Of a stretch of DNA of 40,244 nucleotides, positions 27,875-38,754 are shown one piece after another. The first letter of the stretch is position 1; every line of letters starts with the position of its first letter. The DNA lies in assembly GCF_001186125.1 (NCBI RefSeq), contig NW_014039738.1:1-40244 (forward strand), given 5' to 3'. Made by a program: the position numbers and the translations under genes. The DNA comes from Sphaeroforma arctica JP610 (Eukaryota). The notes below the pieces were generated by a model. The model did no database searches. It worked only from the letters and a program-made list of their open reading frames with translations, and had not been told where the DNA came from.

Positions 27875-30800
27875 ACTGAAGAAGGTCAGGGCCAATAGGC
27901 GGCAGTTTCGGGCCTATCAGGATGCGTCGAATCAGTTGTTGGATGCAGGTAAAGTGGCTGGTAGTGAACTTGTGGCTACCGGGGCAGACAGGGCAGAGAT
28001 CAGAGGGGTAAGTGGATTTGTGCTTGCCATTGAGTCGAGTTGTATTCCCAGGCAACCTCCGAGGTAGTCCGCGAATGGTCGCGCGGGGAGCAGGCCGCAA
28101 AAGTGAAGTAAGTTTGTTTGATGTTTGGGAAACCGAGGGTATTTAGTGCCCGTGATGATGGCTGCTGCTTGAATGAGTGCTGAGTTAAAGTGCTCGAATA
28201 GGGGGTCCAACGCATCTTTCCATATAGGCGGAGCCCAGGCAATAATGTTCAGCCCATATGTAGCCGTGGATAGGATGAATGTTTTGAACATCACCAGTCG
28301 GTTGCGGGGGTGTCGCCAGCTGAAGCCATGGAAGCCATAAGCGCGGAAAGAGGCGATACCCAGTGACAATGCTGCAACCAGGGATTCCATATGTCTAGCG
28401 AGATTGATTCCTGGTACTCCGTGAGAGAGTGGGAACCCCAGGTATTTGGAGTGTTTCGGTTCGGCATGTGTGGGCGCCAGTTTCAGGGGGAGGTAACGTG
28501 TGTTCCAAGGTGCGCCTGCAAGCGTCGGCGTGATAAGCTCACCATTTATACGGAGGGTTGGCGCCGCGTGTTGCAAGTCGGTAGATCGTACTCGGGGTTT
28601 AATGACACCCTGTTCGAGGCCAGATTTGCGTCCCCACGCATCAATGTCATCTAAGAAGGGCTGGAGCGAAACCGATCAAGGGGCTTGGATCCGTGTGTCA
28701 TCGACAAATAAATAAGAACAGAGGAGCTTGGGCCGAAATTGTGCTAGCGTGACAGCTAAGGAATCCATGTAGATAATAAAGAGCTGGGGGCCGACGATTA
28801 TGCCTTGTAGGATGCCATTCGTTCTAAGGAATAGAGACGAGAGCGTGCCGCGGTATGTCACTCGGGTAGGGACCCTCTCAAACAGCGCGCGGAGGCAGTT
28901 GATCCAGTTTTCGGGCATTCCAGCGTGACGCAGAAGTACCCATAGGCGTGGGAGAGCGACCTTGTCGTATGCCTTGGTTATGTCCAGACAGACATCGTTC
29001 CACTCTTCTTCTGACTGTGTCTCAGATTCCATGGCGGTAAGTGCTTGGGTATGACAGGAGTACCGTGATTTGAAGCCAGCTTGGGTAGCATGGGTAGCAG
29101 AGCCGGGGTGGCTCGTAATCAGATAAGAAAGCAGTTTTCAAAGATGCGTCTGACTATTTGCGTAAGCGTGATGGGGCGGAAGTCGGCGGGGGAGGTGATA
29201 TCTGCATCGGCTTTCTTTGGGTGCGCTGCTAGGAGGCTACCGTTCAGGGCTGCGGGGAAGGTACCCGCCTTCAGTAGCTCAGTGAATGCTTCGGCAAGGA
29301 GTCTAATCAGTGGGCTATTGGCGCCGGGGCGTCCCAATGTCCGGCGTTCGGTAGAGCGCTCCACTGAGGCCTTCAGGAGGTGGATGTGGATCCCGTCGGG
29401 GCCAGGTCCCTTATTGGGATAGCGTGGTACTGCCTCCAATACATCGTCGGGGCGTATGGTGGAAGTGACATCAGGAGAAGGTTCGGTATCCGGTGGAACC
29501 ACGTACCGGTTTTACCGGTTTGTAGAGTTGAATAGGACCTCAAAGTAGCCAGCGAGGGTAGCGCCTGTGTCATCGGTACCCGGTATGCAGGGTTGGCGCG
29601 GAGACAGTCGATGGTACGCAATATCTTTGAACATTTGAGCATTGCTTTGGGCGGTCAGACGTGGGCGGAACGAGTGGTTTGGCAGCCGCTGAACCCAAGG
29701 TCTGTTTAAGTCATAATAGAACCCTCCAAAGATTTGTGGGTTAGTGGCATAGCGCCAGATGCGGTCGAGGATTCGTAGCAGCCCTTCCGCTGGTCCATGT
29801 AAAGTGAGATACGACCGTAGTAGGTTCTGATGCGCCCGGATTTCGGCTTGGAATAATCGCGCGCGGGATTTGTTGCGTAGGTGATACAGTCGATGGCGAT
29901 ATCGGTTATATCCATGGGAGGGGAGGCGTTGGTCCGGAGGCGGCGGCATTGCTGGTATTTGTTTGGGCCGATGGATTTGATTCGTGGGAAGTATCTGGAG
30001 ATCGAGTCCAAAGGTGTGGTCACACAGATACCGTAGTCCGTCAGCTTATAAGTTTGGAGGGAGGCGGGGGTGGTAGGTCGATGATACGCATGTTTAGTAT
30101 TAGTTGAGCCGCCAGCATAGAGGTAGTCTAAGTGCCACGTCTTACGCAGAATAGTTTCAATCGTTTTCATACGTAGTCTGTGGTTTGTAGATGCGTGGCC
30201 ATACTTCCGGGCTTTGAAGTTGAAATCTCCCCACACGACATCTGGTTGGAAACCGCCAATCTCGGGGGGATTCATGTATCGCCTGACGTTTTCTTCAGTA
30301 AGCGATTTGAGTGGAAAGTAGAACACGGCCATATGAACGCCAAAGAACATAAAGAACACCGCGTACGGTGAAGAGTGTACAAGTTGAAAATTCGATGGGT
30401 GGTGCTTGGAAAGATGCCAATACCACAGTGTGAAGGGTGTAAGATATTATGCCGTGTAGTGTGGTGTAGGATATGGTAGTGTGTGTTCGAGCGTATATGA
30501 TTAAGAAATGTGGTGTTATGCCAGGTTTCAACCACACACATAACATCAACCTGACTTAAAATCGATATAACGTTCAAACACTTATCTGTATGTGCTTCGT
30601 TGTCCATGTTGAGTCCTTGTGGGTTGAAGAGCGTCATCCTCATTGGGCCTAACATTGTTCATCATCGGTCAATACTACTGGGCTCTCCTGTTTGACGATG
30701 TCAGCCATTTCTATATCATTGCCTGTCGTCGAAGAGTCCGTCGTGGAAAGCTGAGGCTGCGTATTGCTATCCATCGTGTCGGATGATTGTGTCGGGGAGA

Positions 30801-31221
30801 CCGTTGATATATGAAGTCGTCCGGGTTCCGCACGCGCTGATTCTTTAGCGTTTACCGGGATTCGCGGGTTAAGTGAGAAGAGGTTTTTATCGTGCTTTGC
30901 TTGGTAAGCCTTCTGGAGACGGTCCGCGGTAGATTGGAGGATGTCTGCGTTAGTGGAGTTGACAAGTATGCTCAGTAGTGCATCCATGCTGCGGGCAAGA
31001 ATTTTTGGCGCTCGTTCATGTGTGCAGCGGGCCTCCCGCTTGGTGCGGAAATAGTGAATTAAAGCTGCTTTCGTAGCGTCGAGATGTTGTTGGGAGCGGG
31101 GGTCGATGTTTTCATCAAACTGCCATTTCCACATAAGGGCTGCATGTCGTTTCACCTGGGCGACAGAGTCGCTAGGAACACAAAGGCGGATGAAACTGGT
31201 GGAGCTTCCGCTCGGAAGACC
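27875..31221 (-). mobile_element. Degenerate, 5'-truncated non-LTR retrotransposon (LINE): ORF1 C-terminal part plus ORF2 APE endonuclease-RT
   Basis: The ORF1 remnant is open from 31221 to 30649 and overlaps the ORF2 ATG (30655). APE motifs TLFNPQGL, VVETWH, WGDFN; RT motifs KGPGPDGI, DFRPITL, LDITKAYDKV, GILQG..GPQLF, FVDD, KYLG. Several frameshifts; the 3' end falls in the gap. Confidence 0.92.
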
Positions 31222-31232
31222 TTTTTTTTTAA

Positions 31233-33089
31233 ATAGATAAATATTCTCTGATTAAGACTTCATACCAGAATGCCATCACGCTTGATACCGAAGCAGAGCT
31301 GACTATGGTAGCTAAGATGCTGTTGCATATTTTCGGTGCCAATACCAACATCTCTTCAGCACTCGTGGCATTTGAGGGTAGCGTTGAACTTACGAAGCTG
31401 ATTCGTGCCCGTACACGAGCAGATACATTTGCGAATGGCAACGAACTTCGACGCCAAGCACTGAAAGAGTTAAATATTGAAGACAGCGAAACAACAGGTC
31501 ATTTGCATTTTTATGTCAGTCTCGGACGTGATGATCGCATACGAGATACGCAGACCAAAGCTGCTTGTGCGGAATTGACTCGGATTTGGGATTCTAAGAC
31601 GTTAACTGTAGAGCCTGACAAAGGTGCTGCTGTGGGCTACATCATGAAGGATGGAAACTATGTCATATATCCAGACACGGAAAAAATCAGGGACGTTTTT
31701 GACGCGAAGGCTAACAAATGGAAGGATGAGCATTAAAAAACCTTATGTCGAGCCCCCCGTGATTAATAACATGGTGACTGAAATATCAAAAATTCCATCG
31801 ACGCTGAGGGCACGAAATGACCCGGAACTAATACAAAAGGTATGCGGGAAATTTTTGCGATATCTGTCCATTGCCTATATGCGACACGTCACGAGTAACG
31901 AGTGGATTGTATTGCAGTACGTTGAATACCCACAGTACAGCCAATGGGAGGTACTGGGTACAGATACAGTTACGAAGTCCAAGAAGATGCGTACCTGGGA
32001 TGAATTACATCGACTGTTTGCCGAAACATATTCCGTGATACCTGAAATCAACGAACGTGATCTGAATTTGTACGCTAACCACTTGATAGAGGAGGATGGC
32101 AAATTTGAAGGAAGAAACAAGTTTAAAGCATTATCCAAGCGCGGTTCAACTTATTTGAAACTACTTACGCATATGAGTAGTCTACGGTTTCCGTTGGCAA
32201 CTGCCATGACGCCTAGTGGTTTCCCAACAGTATATATTGATGAACATCTGTTCAGATTTGAGGACTGTGACGTGCACGCTGAGGCAAATTTTTGCGTTCG
32301 GAAATGGATCGGTCGCGCATGTTTATCGAGGAGTTCAAGAAATCAAAGGCCGACTGGTTGATGTTGAAGGGATTACGATACGACGGACGAGGTCAAGCAA
32401 AGATGGTGGAGAAGAAGGGTGTAGACCAAGTTGCCATCGCGCCGCCAAGAATGTGGATCATCTCCAATTACACGTTTGATCAGATGGCGTCTCTTTCGTG
32501 CGTGGATGCACTGTGGAATCCAATTAAAAAGCGTTCGGTCGCGATGATGTTCAGGCTGCGCGAGGATGACGAGGCAATGGTCCCTTCGCTTGCACATGAT
32601 GTCATAAATAATGGCCATATAGTGGTAACTCACGTTCTACAGATCTTGGCATCAGGTGACAGTATGAATGTTGTGCGAGACCTCCGCACATATGGACACT
32701 TTAACATGAGATTCGACTCTCGGTGCACCAAGGAGGAGTACGTTCAGCGTGTTGTTGATCCGTCGCGTCAACTGTTGACTACGTGCCTTCAGCCGGACTC
32801 GGGATATCTAATTAACAAACTGAGCTTCAACCACTCAGTATTTCAGCCGGAAAACCACCACTTAATACACGAAGGGTGCCTCTATGTAAACTTGAACTTT
32901 GTCAGTGACATGGGGAGAGGTATCGCTGTCGCATGGCGAGACCCGCGTACAAAGGCAGTCCAATGGAGTGTATCAAATCAAATGGATCCACGACTTCTAC
33001 ATTCAATGCAAATCCCCAAATTTCAGGCAGCTGACTACGACGCACTCATGCGCCACGAGGCACGTTATCGCGCTAAGCTAGTATGTTAA
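31233..33089 (+). pseudogene. Rolling-circle Rep: HUH endonuclease + D5-like linker + SF3 helicase (frameshifted, Walker A region missing)
   Basis: Frame open from 31233. Motif I-like NAITLD; motif II GHLHFYV (31497-31517); motif III GYIMKDG (Tyr at 31638). Frameshift ~31735 into the 31651 ORF (FPTVYIDEHLFRFEDC). Frameshift ~32290 into Walker B MFIEEF (32319-32336), B' VEKKG, motif C MWIISN (32451-32468) and Arg-finger-like IKKRSVAMMF. Confidence 0.75.
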
Positions 33090-33195
33090 ACTTCGCCCCT
33101 AAAAAATATATATAGATTATTGCCTTTTGTAAATAAAGTTCATTTCTATAACAATCACGGTTCAAATACTTATACCAGAAATCTTTAGTTCAGTT

Positions 33196-34513
33196 GTGAA
33201 GACTTCTGGTTGTAACTTACTTACAATTGCATTTCGGTCTAAAACCGATATTCCTAGCGAGTATGCACCAAAACCGACCGATGGTTCTGTTGATGTACTG
33301 TCTCACTATCATTTGGTGCCACCAAAAACGTTCAACAGTGACGTAGTGGGCTTTCCGTCTTGGGTGACATGCAGTGGAAGCCAAAAATTGGTTGTTGAGT
33401 ACGTAGCCAAGAAACATGACAATCGCTATGTGATCGAGTTCCAAAAGTATCACAGAGTATCACTCTTTCGCGATGCAGCGACGTATCTGACACATCAGTA
33501 CTTGAGACCTGACTTGTCGCCGTGTGAGCTGATTCTGCCACATATTCCTGTTCGCGAATATTACGATTTGGATATGCGTGGCGATGCGACAGACTACGAC
33601 GCCAGTTTGTTATTCAATTTTGGATGCGCGAGATCCAGATACTGCACGTCCGTGTATGGGGACGAAAGTGACAATTATCAAGACGTGACAACGCTGACTG
33701 CGTCTAGGTCAGGGAAAATCAGTTTTCACGTCATTTACCACAGACACGTATTTTCGTCCATGACGGAACTATCGGACTACGTATCAGGCTTTAGAGCATT
33801 TCTGACACAGTGACGTCGATGGAGTGAGCGACACTGTAGACTGGGCGGTGTATGGGCGCAACCAGATGTTGCGGGCACCATACGCAGTAAAACTAACGAC
33901 GCGCGACGTGGAAGGCAAGCGTACGTACAGCAACATTGACGGGTCCACGCTCAAGTTATTGCGTGGCGCAGAGTGCCTTGAGTCAATGTCCACCACGGCG
34001 GCCATGCATGCAAGTGTAATTTGTTGCCCAGGTACAGCCATCGATCCTGTTCATGCGACAAAGCCAGTCCTGGATGTACCCAAACCTAGTGAGCCGCGTG
34101 TGGTAGTACAGACCTGTCCTAAAGAAACAGGGCTGGGGATGTCGGACAAGTTGTCAACAGACGAAATTGCTGTCCATGAAGCATCGATCAGAACGCGCTT
34201 CTGTTTTGGTCGATGCCGGGTCAGGGATATCCATAACAAGGCCTGCCTCCCAGTAGAGACGACGCGGGACTATTTCAGGTTTGCTGGACTTGTGAAATCC
34301 ATTTTTGGCTATAAGCACGGTTGTACCATTTTCACAACTTATGTAGCGCGTTCCGATTACTACAATGAGAACGCAGACAAGGTTGAGACGTCGTGGCGTT
34401 CACTATACAGTGATATGCGATTCCAAACTAACGAAGGCACCCTTGTGCACAACATAATGATGCGAAAATTGAAGGTCGCTGAACTCAAGAAGAAAGGTAT
34501 TTTCAAGTATTAG
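33196..34513 (+). pseudogene. PrimPol-like archaeo-eukaryotic primase with C-terminal PriCT-2 domain (one frameshift ~33810)
   Basis: CELILPHIPVREYYDLD (motif I DxD, 33565-33573); SGKISFHVIY (motif II SxH, 33721-33729); VDWAVYGRNQMLRAPYAVK (motif III, PrimPol-like). The C-terminus YFRFAGLVKS...IFTTYVARSDYY...VETSWRSL...NEGTL is PriCT-2-like. No ATG start. Confidence 0.82.
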
Positions 34514-34688
34514 GATACTGTTATGATATTAACGTGAGAATAAACTAGCAGTCTTTAATATCGGTGTGTCGTTTGTTGTCATACACCTCTGACTTAAAGG
34601 GTGTAGGACTGATGAAATAACCCGTTACAAATATATTCAATACATTGACGTATCATCGATGATAGAAATAAACCTTAACTCGGCACAA

Positions 34689-34979
34689 ATGATCATGGTT
34701 ATGAAAGTGATAACTTTTGTTACATTCTCGATTATGACGGCTGGAATTGTTTCGTACAGTCAGCTGTCTAGCCACAAGCAAATCAGTGCTGATGTGTCTA
34801 GAATAAATGAATATTTTGTCGTGTTACCTTAGTGCTACAACGCGTTGAACAGAGACAAAAATCAGGTGTGTCAAAGTATTAACAAAGAAGTAACGCGGAC
34901 ATCGCAGTCCATTAAGGTATTGAGTCGGCCTTATACATCGTGTCCATCCGGAACGCATGGTAAACCAATCGTGGGCTAA
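34689..34979 (+). pseudogene. Small ORF with N-terminal hydrophobic/signal segment, one in-frame TAG (34830)
   Basis: ATG at 34689; MIMVMKVITFVTFSIMTAGIVSYS...VVLP*CYNALN...KPIVG*; the terminal TAA overlaps the convergent ORF's stop. Confidence 0.4.
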
Positions 34980-35419
34980 TGTGCGATGTTCATCGAGGTA
35001 TCGGCGTCTAAACTTTGTGCCAACTTTGCCATAACGGTGCCAGTGGCCCGTTTTGGTCTGTTGTTGTTTTGAGCATTAGATTGGGGTGAAGTATATTTAT
35101 AGGGTTTCTTGTATACGTTTCGGATCATATTCAGATCTGCGACCCGTTTGAATTGTACACAGTCAGTGTTTATCGTGCGGATGTACTCGTTCTGTGTGTG
35201 CAGTTTCTGGAGAGAAATGTCGACAAGGGTGTTGTATTTGTCGCTGGGTAGATTTGGGTCAGCGAATTGGGTGCCGAGCTTGGTGATAAGGTCGGCTGTT
35301 TCTGCATGACGCCGTTGGATAGACAGCTCGTCTTCTTTCAAGGCTTCGTCATACTCGCGCACAATGTCAACGGCGTTGGGAATGGTCGGCCGCTAGTTTT
35401 TCGGATTCTTAGATGTCAT
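34976..35419 (-). pseudogene. Hypothetical helical/coiled-coil protein, probable 1-nt frameshift near the start
   Basis: 128-aa ORF (VREYDEALKEDELSIQRRHAETADLITKLG...); an upstream ATG at 35419 joins via a single frameshift ~35393. Confidence 0.5.
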
Positions 35420-35729
35420 ATTTTATACCCACAATGCAATCATTTTAAGGCAAAAATCAAATTAGTAATATATTTGAACGAGTTACTAACATATCCAAAC
35501 ATATTAGATCATTTAACGAGATACTGACATGCCAGAACACATCCAGGTACGTTCAGACATGATTTAAACATGTTTCTTCTTAATATCTTCGCGGGGTCAA
35601 ATATGACAGGAATGTGTCACAAATCTGGTACAATCTGATAGAAACTAGTACAACATGCTGAAACGCAAAAAAAACCCCCGAACATGTTAAGTAACTTGTA
35701 AAGGAAATCAAACACAGCTGAAAATAAAT

Positions 35730-36083
35730 ATGGTTTCTGCTGTAATTGCGAGAAACATTCTGTATGACACAAGCGTTAAACACCAGGAAGCAGCTGACGT
35801 TTTGGGGTACAGCGTGAGCACAGTGCGGAATTGGAGAATGAGGTGTGCCATATCCCGAAAAGAATATTTTGGACGACCAGTGATGTTTGGGTTTACAAAA
35901 AGTTTAAAACCTGGTTCGAAGTTACCAAAGCTGCCCACACGGGTCAAGCACGATCAGGTGTCCACAGATGATATACTACAGCAGTTCCGCGTACAACAAG
36001 AAGAGGACGAAGAACTGATACGTAGATCAAAAACTCGGAAATGGGACAAATATATAAAACATAGGAGTATAAAAGAACGATGA
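35730..36083 (+). CDS. Small helix-turn-helix DNA-binding protein
   Basis: ATG-initiated 117 aa; HQEAADVLGYSVSTVRNW fits the HTH pattern; its last codons lie in the YR element's left repeat, so it may be truncated. Confidence 0.6.
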   Translation: MVSAVIARNILYDTSVKHQEAADVLGYSVSTVRNWRMRCAISRKEYFGRPVMFGFTKSLKPGSKLPKLPTRVKHDQVSTDDILQQFRVQQEEDEELIRRSKTRKWDKYIKHRSIKER

Positions 36084-36121
36084 AGTGGAGACACTTCCTC
36101 ATCCATATTTCCTTCTACTTA
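36061..36121 (+). repeat. Left terminal direct repeat (61 bp) of the YR element
   Basis: ataggagtataaaagaacgatgaagtggagacacttcctcatccatatttccttctactta; 60/61 identical to 39887-39947. Confidence 0.92.
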
Positions 36122-36176
36122 AATTAAGTATAAGCGTTGGCTCTCATATCAAACATCAGCATCCCTTGCAGTCGCA

Positions 36177-36832
36177 ATGGACGTAAATCCAGCTAATTCA
36201 GTTCATCCTCGCGACGCCGCCGAACGAACAAACATCGAAATCGAGAACGTAGTTACGCTGTCTTTGGTTCAGGGCGTAATTCTTTATACGGACTTCGGTT
36301 ACACATCACCGGAGTCTCAACACCAGAACACTTCAACACCGTTTTGGAGTGTCCGGCTCCGTCTAACGGCGAGTGGAGCACTGGTGTGGGTGAGAACTCT
36401 GCTACAGCTGTGTGGTGCCGGGACCACGCTTGGTTTCCAGACGGGTTGAAGAACTCGCCAATTGTGACTCTGTCGTGGTACGAAAAGCAAAAGGCTCCAG
36501 TTATTCAGAAATTGACAAATATTTTAACCTGCGCCAATTATCTGGCCTATTGTTTAAAGCAAATCGATTTGGGAGGCCTATCTGTGGAGCATCAGGAGCA
36601 GGCGTATCGTGGAGTAATTGTGGCCCTAGTCAAGGATTTGGGTCAGACTGTGGAATTGAAGCGACTCAGAGTAAAGGAAGGAGCAGAATTTGCAGCTCTT
36701 GTAGAGCATCAGGTACGTCCCACATTCCAAAATTCTTTAGATATCTCAAAATTCGTCAAAGCAACGAAGAAAAAGCAGCACGAACTCGCGCTGCATCGTC
36801 CGGGGCAAAATTTCAGGCCCAAGGACGACTAG
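36177..36832 (+). pseudogene. Gag-like ORF1 of the YR retrotransposon (frameshift ~36340)
   Basis: ATG just after the left repeat; helical protein overlapping ORF2 in another frame, as is typical of DIRS ORF1. Confidence 0.55.
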
Positions 36833-38754
36833 CTCCGCAACGGCCGCACGGCAGTGTTCCCAGGATCGATCCGAATGCCCCTCTGTATTGCGAGGTAAGA
36901 AGTGTCCTAGCGAAATGGAGAGAGAACGGAGCATCCCAGGAGCTTCTGCAGGCCATCAAGTATGGAGTGCGGCCCAAGTGGGGGCCGAAAAGGCCTCCAC
37001 CTCCATCGACGAAGGGTCAGTGGATAACAATTCCGGAGGTGGACGAGGCGATGATCCAGGCGGAATTTTTACGACTCGAACAGGGCGAAATTATCCGACG
37101 TTGCCAGGAATCGGAGGCAACTTTGGTACACTCAGCATTTATGATACCAAAATCCGACGGAAGAGAGGCCGATTGATTCTAAATCCGGAAAGCATCAACG
37201 CTCACGTGCAGAAGAAGACCTTCGGAACAGAAGGTCTAGAAAAATTGGCGCTCGTTGCGAGACCGGGGGATGTAGCTATGTCAGTAGCTGTTGCCAGCCC
37301 CAGGATCTGGCAATTTCGCGACCATAAGCCCCAGCTATGGTGCTTCCTAGCATTACCGATGGGGGCAACATTCTCCCCAGCATGGTTTAACCAGCTGATG
37401 GACGTAGTGAGGAAAGTAACAAGAGCTCGAGGGATACGAATAATACTGTATGTCGACGATCTTCTGTTGATGGGACGGCCAAAGACTTGTCGGAAGCATG
37501 CCAGGATTATAACAGCAATATCCATTGAGTTTCAACTCCAATTCGCACCAGGAAAAGGTTATTGGATAACACCTGTAGGCAGACTCCAACATCTAGGCGT
37601 TATCATAGACTTGAGAGCAAACACCATCGAGATGATACCATAGTTCAAGGCGAAGGTCCTGAGACTAGCAGAGGCAATCCGGAGCTCGGGTCTACAGAAC
37701 CAGCGGCGCATACCAACCCGAGTTTGTCAATCGTTCTTAGGTTGCCTCCAGTGGGCGGGTTTCTCCGTACTCAGCTTGAGGCCCTTTATAACAGATTTCC
37801 AACAGTCAACTACCTGGAGTCACACCTTTCGGATACAACTCTCGGGTGCGACCTTCAAGAAGTTAGAGCGCATTTCGCTCTTGGTGGAGATATTCTGCTA
37901 CTGACAATTATGGCTCGAAGACCACCAAGCAACTATCACCTCCGACTCCTCGAAGGTGGGCTTCGGTGCCACGCTCCGATGGAAACATACCACGCACACA
38001 TTTGCCGGCACTTGGATCCCAACGGCTGGCCAATTCCATTCTTAGAACTAAAAGCACTCGTTCTAGCCTTCGAGTTCTTCTTCAACAACACAAAGATCGA
38101 AACCTACCCACTTCTCAGCTCACAGACAGCAGCACTGCGCTACATGCTCTGCGCAAGAGAAGGAGCAAGTCGAAGCTAATGAACGCTCAACTTCGCCGGC
38201 TAGTACGGTTCTGTCACCAGAACAAAGCTCCCTGGCCAGTAGCTCTCGTGTACATGCCGGGGAAGCTCCATTTAGCATCCAATATACTTTCGCGCAACGG
38301 CCAGCTTCTCCAGTACCATTGGACTGTGACTCCAGAAGCAATCTTATCGATATTCCAAAAGTAGCATATTCGACCGAATGCAGCGGAACGAACTTATCCA
38401 AACAGCTACTACCTCCTAAAAGCACACCACGGTCATGTATCGTTCGCGAACAGATTCCACAACAAGTGGGACCAGTCCTTGGAGCTTCTCGCTCCACCAG
38501 AGACAATACTGGGCCAGATACTCGAGCAACTCGAACGACGACTACGCCGAGCATTCCTCATAATTCCAATTTGGCAGAAGGCCATTTGGTGGCCTCACAT
38601 CATTCGACATGGCAAAGAGCTGACTATCCTAGAGCCGGGCGCGGTACACTACCCAGTATCGGTAGCCAACGAACTCAACAGGTTAGTCCTCCCTACGCGT
38701 CTATACGGAGCAGTATTGTACGAGCCAGGCGGCAGCGTGCCCCTGCCGCGATAG
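36830..38754 (+). pseudogene. DIRS-type Pol: RT, RNase H, methyltransferase-like domain
   Basis: LAKWRENGAS..LLQAIKYGV; FMIPKSDG.RLILN; LPMGATFSP; ILYVDDLLL (YVDD 37449-37460); HLGVIID; RNase H TSDSSKVGFG, LELKAL, TDSSTAL; MT-like HWT...LAPPETILGQIL...LIIPIWQKAIWW. The RT motif A Asp segment is missing; stops and frameshifts present. Confidence 0.88.

Larger units (their letters stand above)
31222..36060 (+). mobile_element. Endogenised virus-/plasmid-like replicon remnant (HUH-SF3 Rep + AEP-PriCT2 + small genes)
   Basis: Intronless, tightly packed replication genes typical of mobile DNA; ends obscured by the flanking LINE and YR retrotransposon. Confidence 0.65.

Noticed and set aside
27006..28100. 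286-364 aa ORFs
   Set aside because: They span the N gap and are artefacts.
31233..33089. Helitron assignment for the HUH gene
   Set aside because: The helicase motifs are SF3-type, not Pif1/SF1; motif III is single-Tyr YxxK; no TC...CTRR ends were found.
35455..35480. Minus-strand ATATATTAC as a rolling-circle nonanucleotide origin
   Set aside because: It does not fit NANTATTAC and has no flanking stem.
31222..36060. Polinton/PLV or standard CRESS endogenous virus assignment
   Set aside because: No pPolB, rve integrase, packaging ATPase or jelly-roll capsid is recognisable, and a separate AEP is not expected in CRESS viruses. Missing genes could have been deleted.
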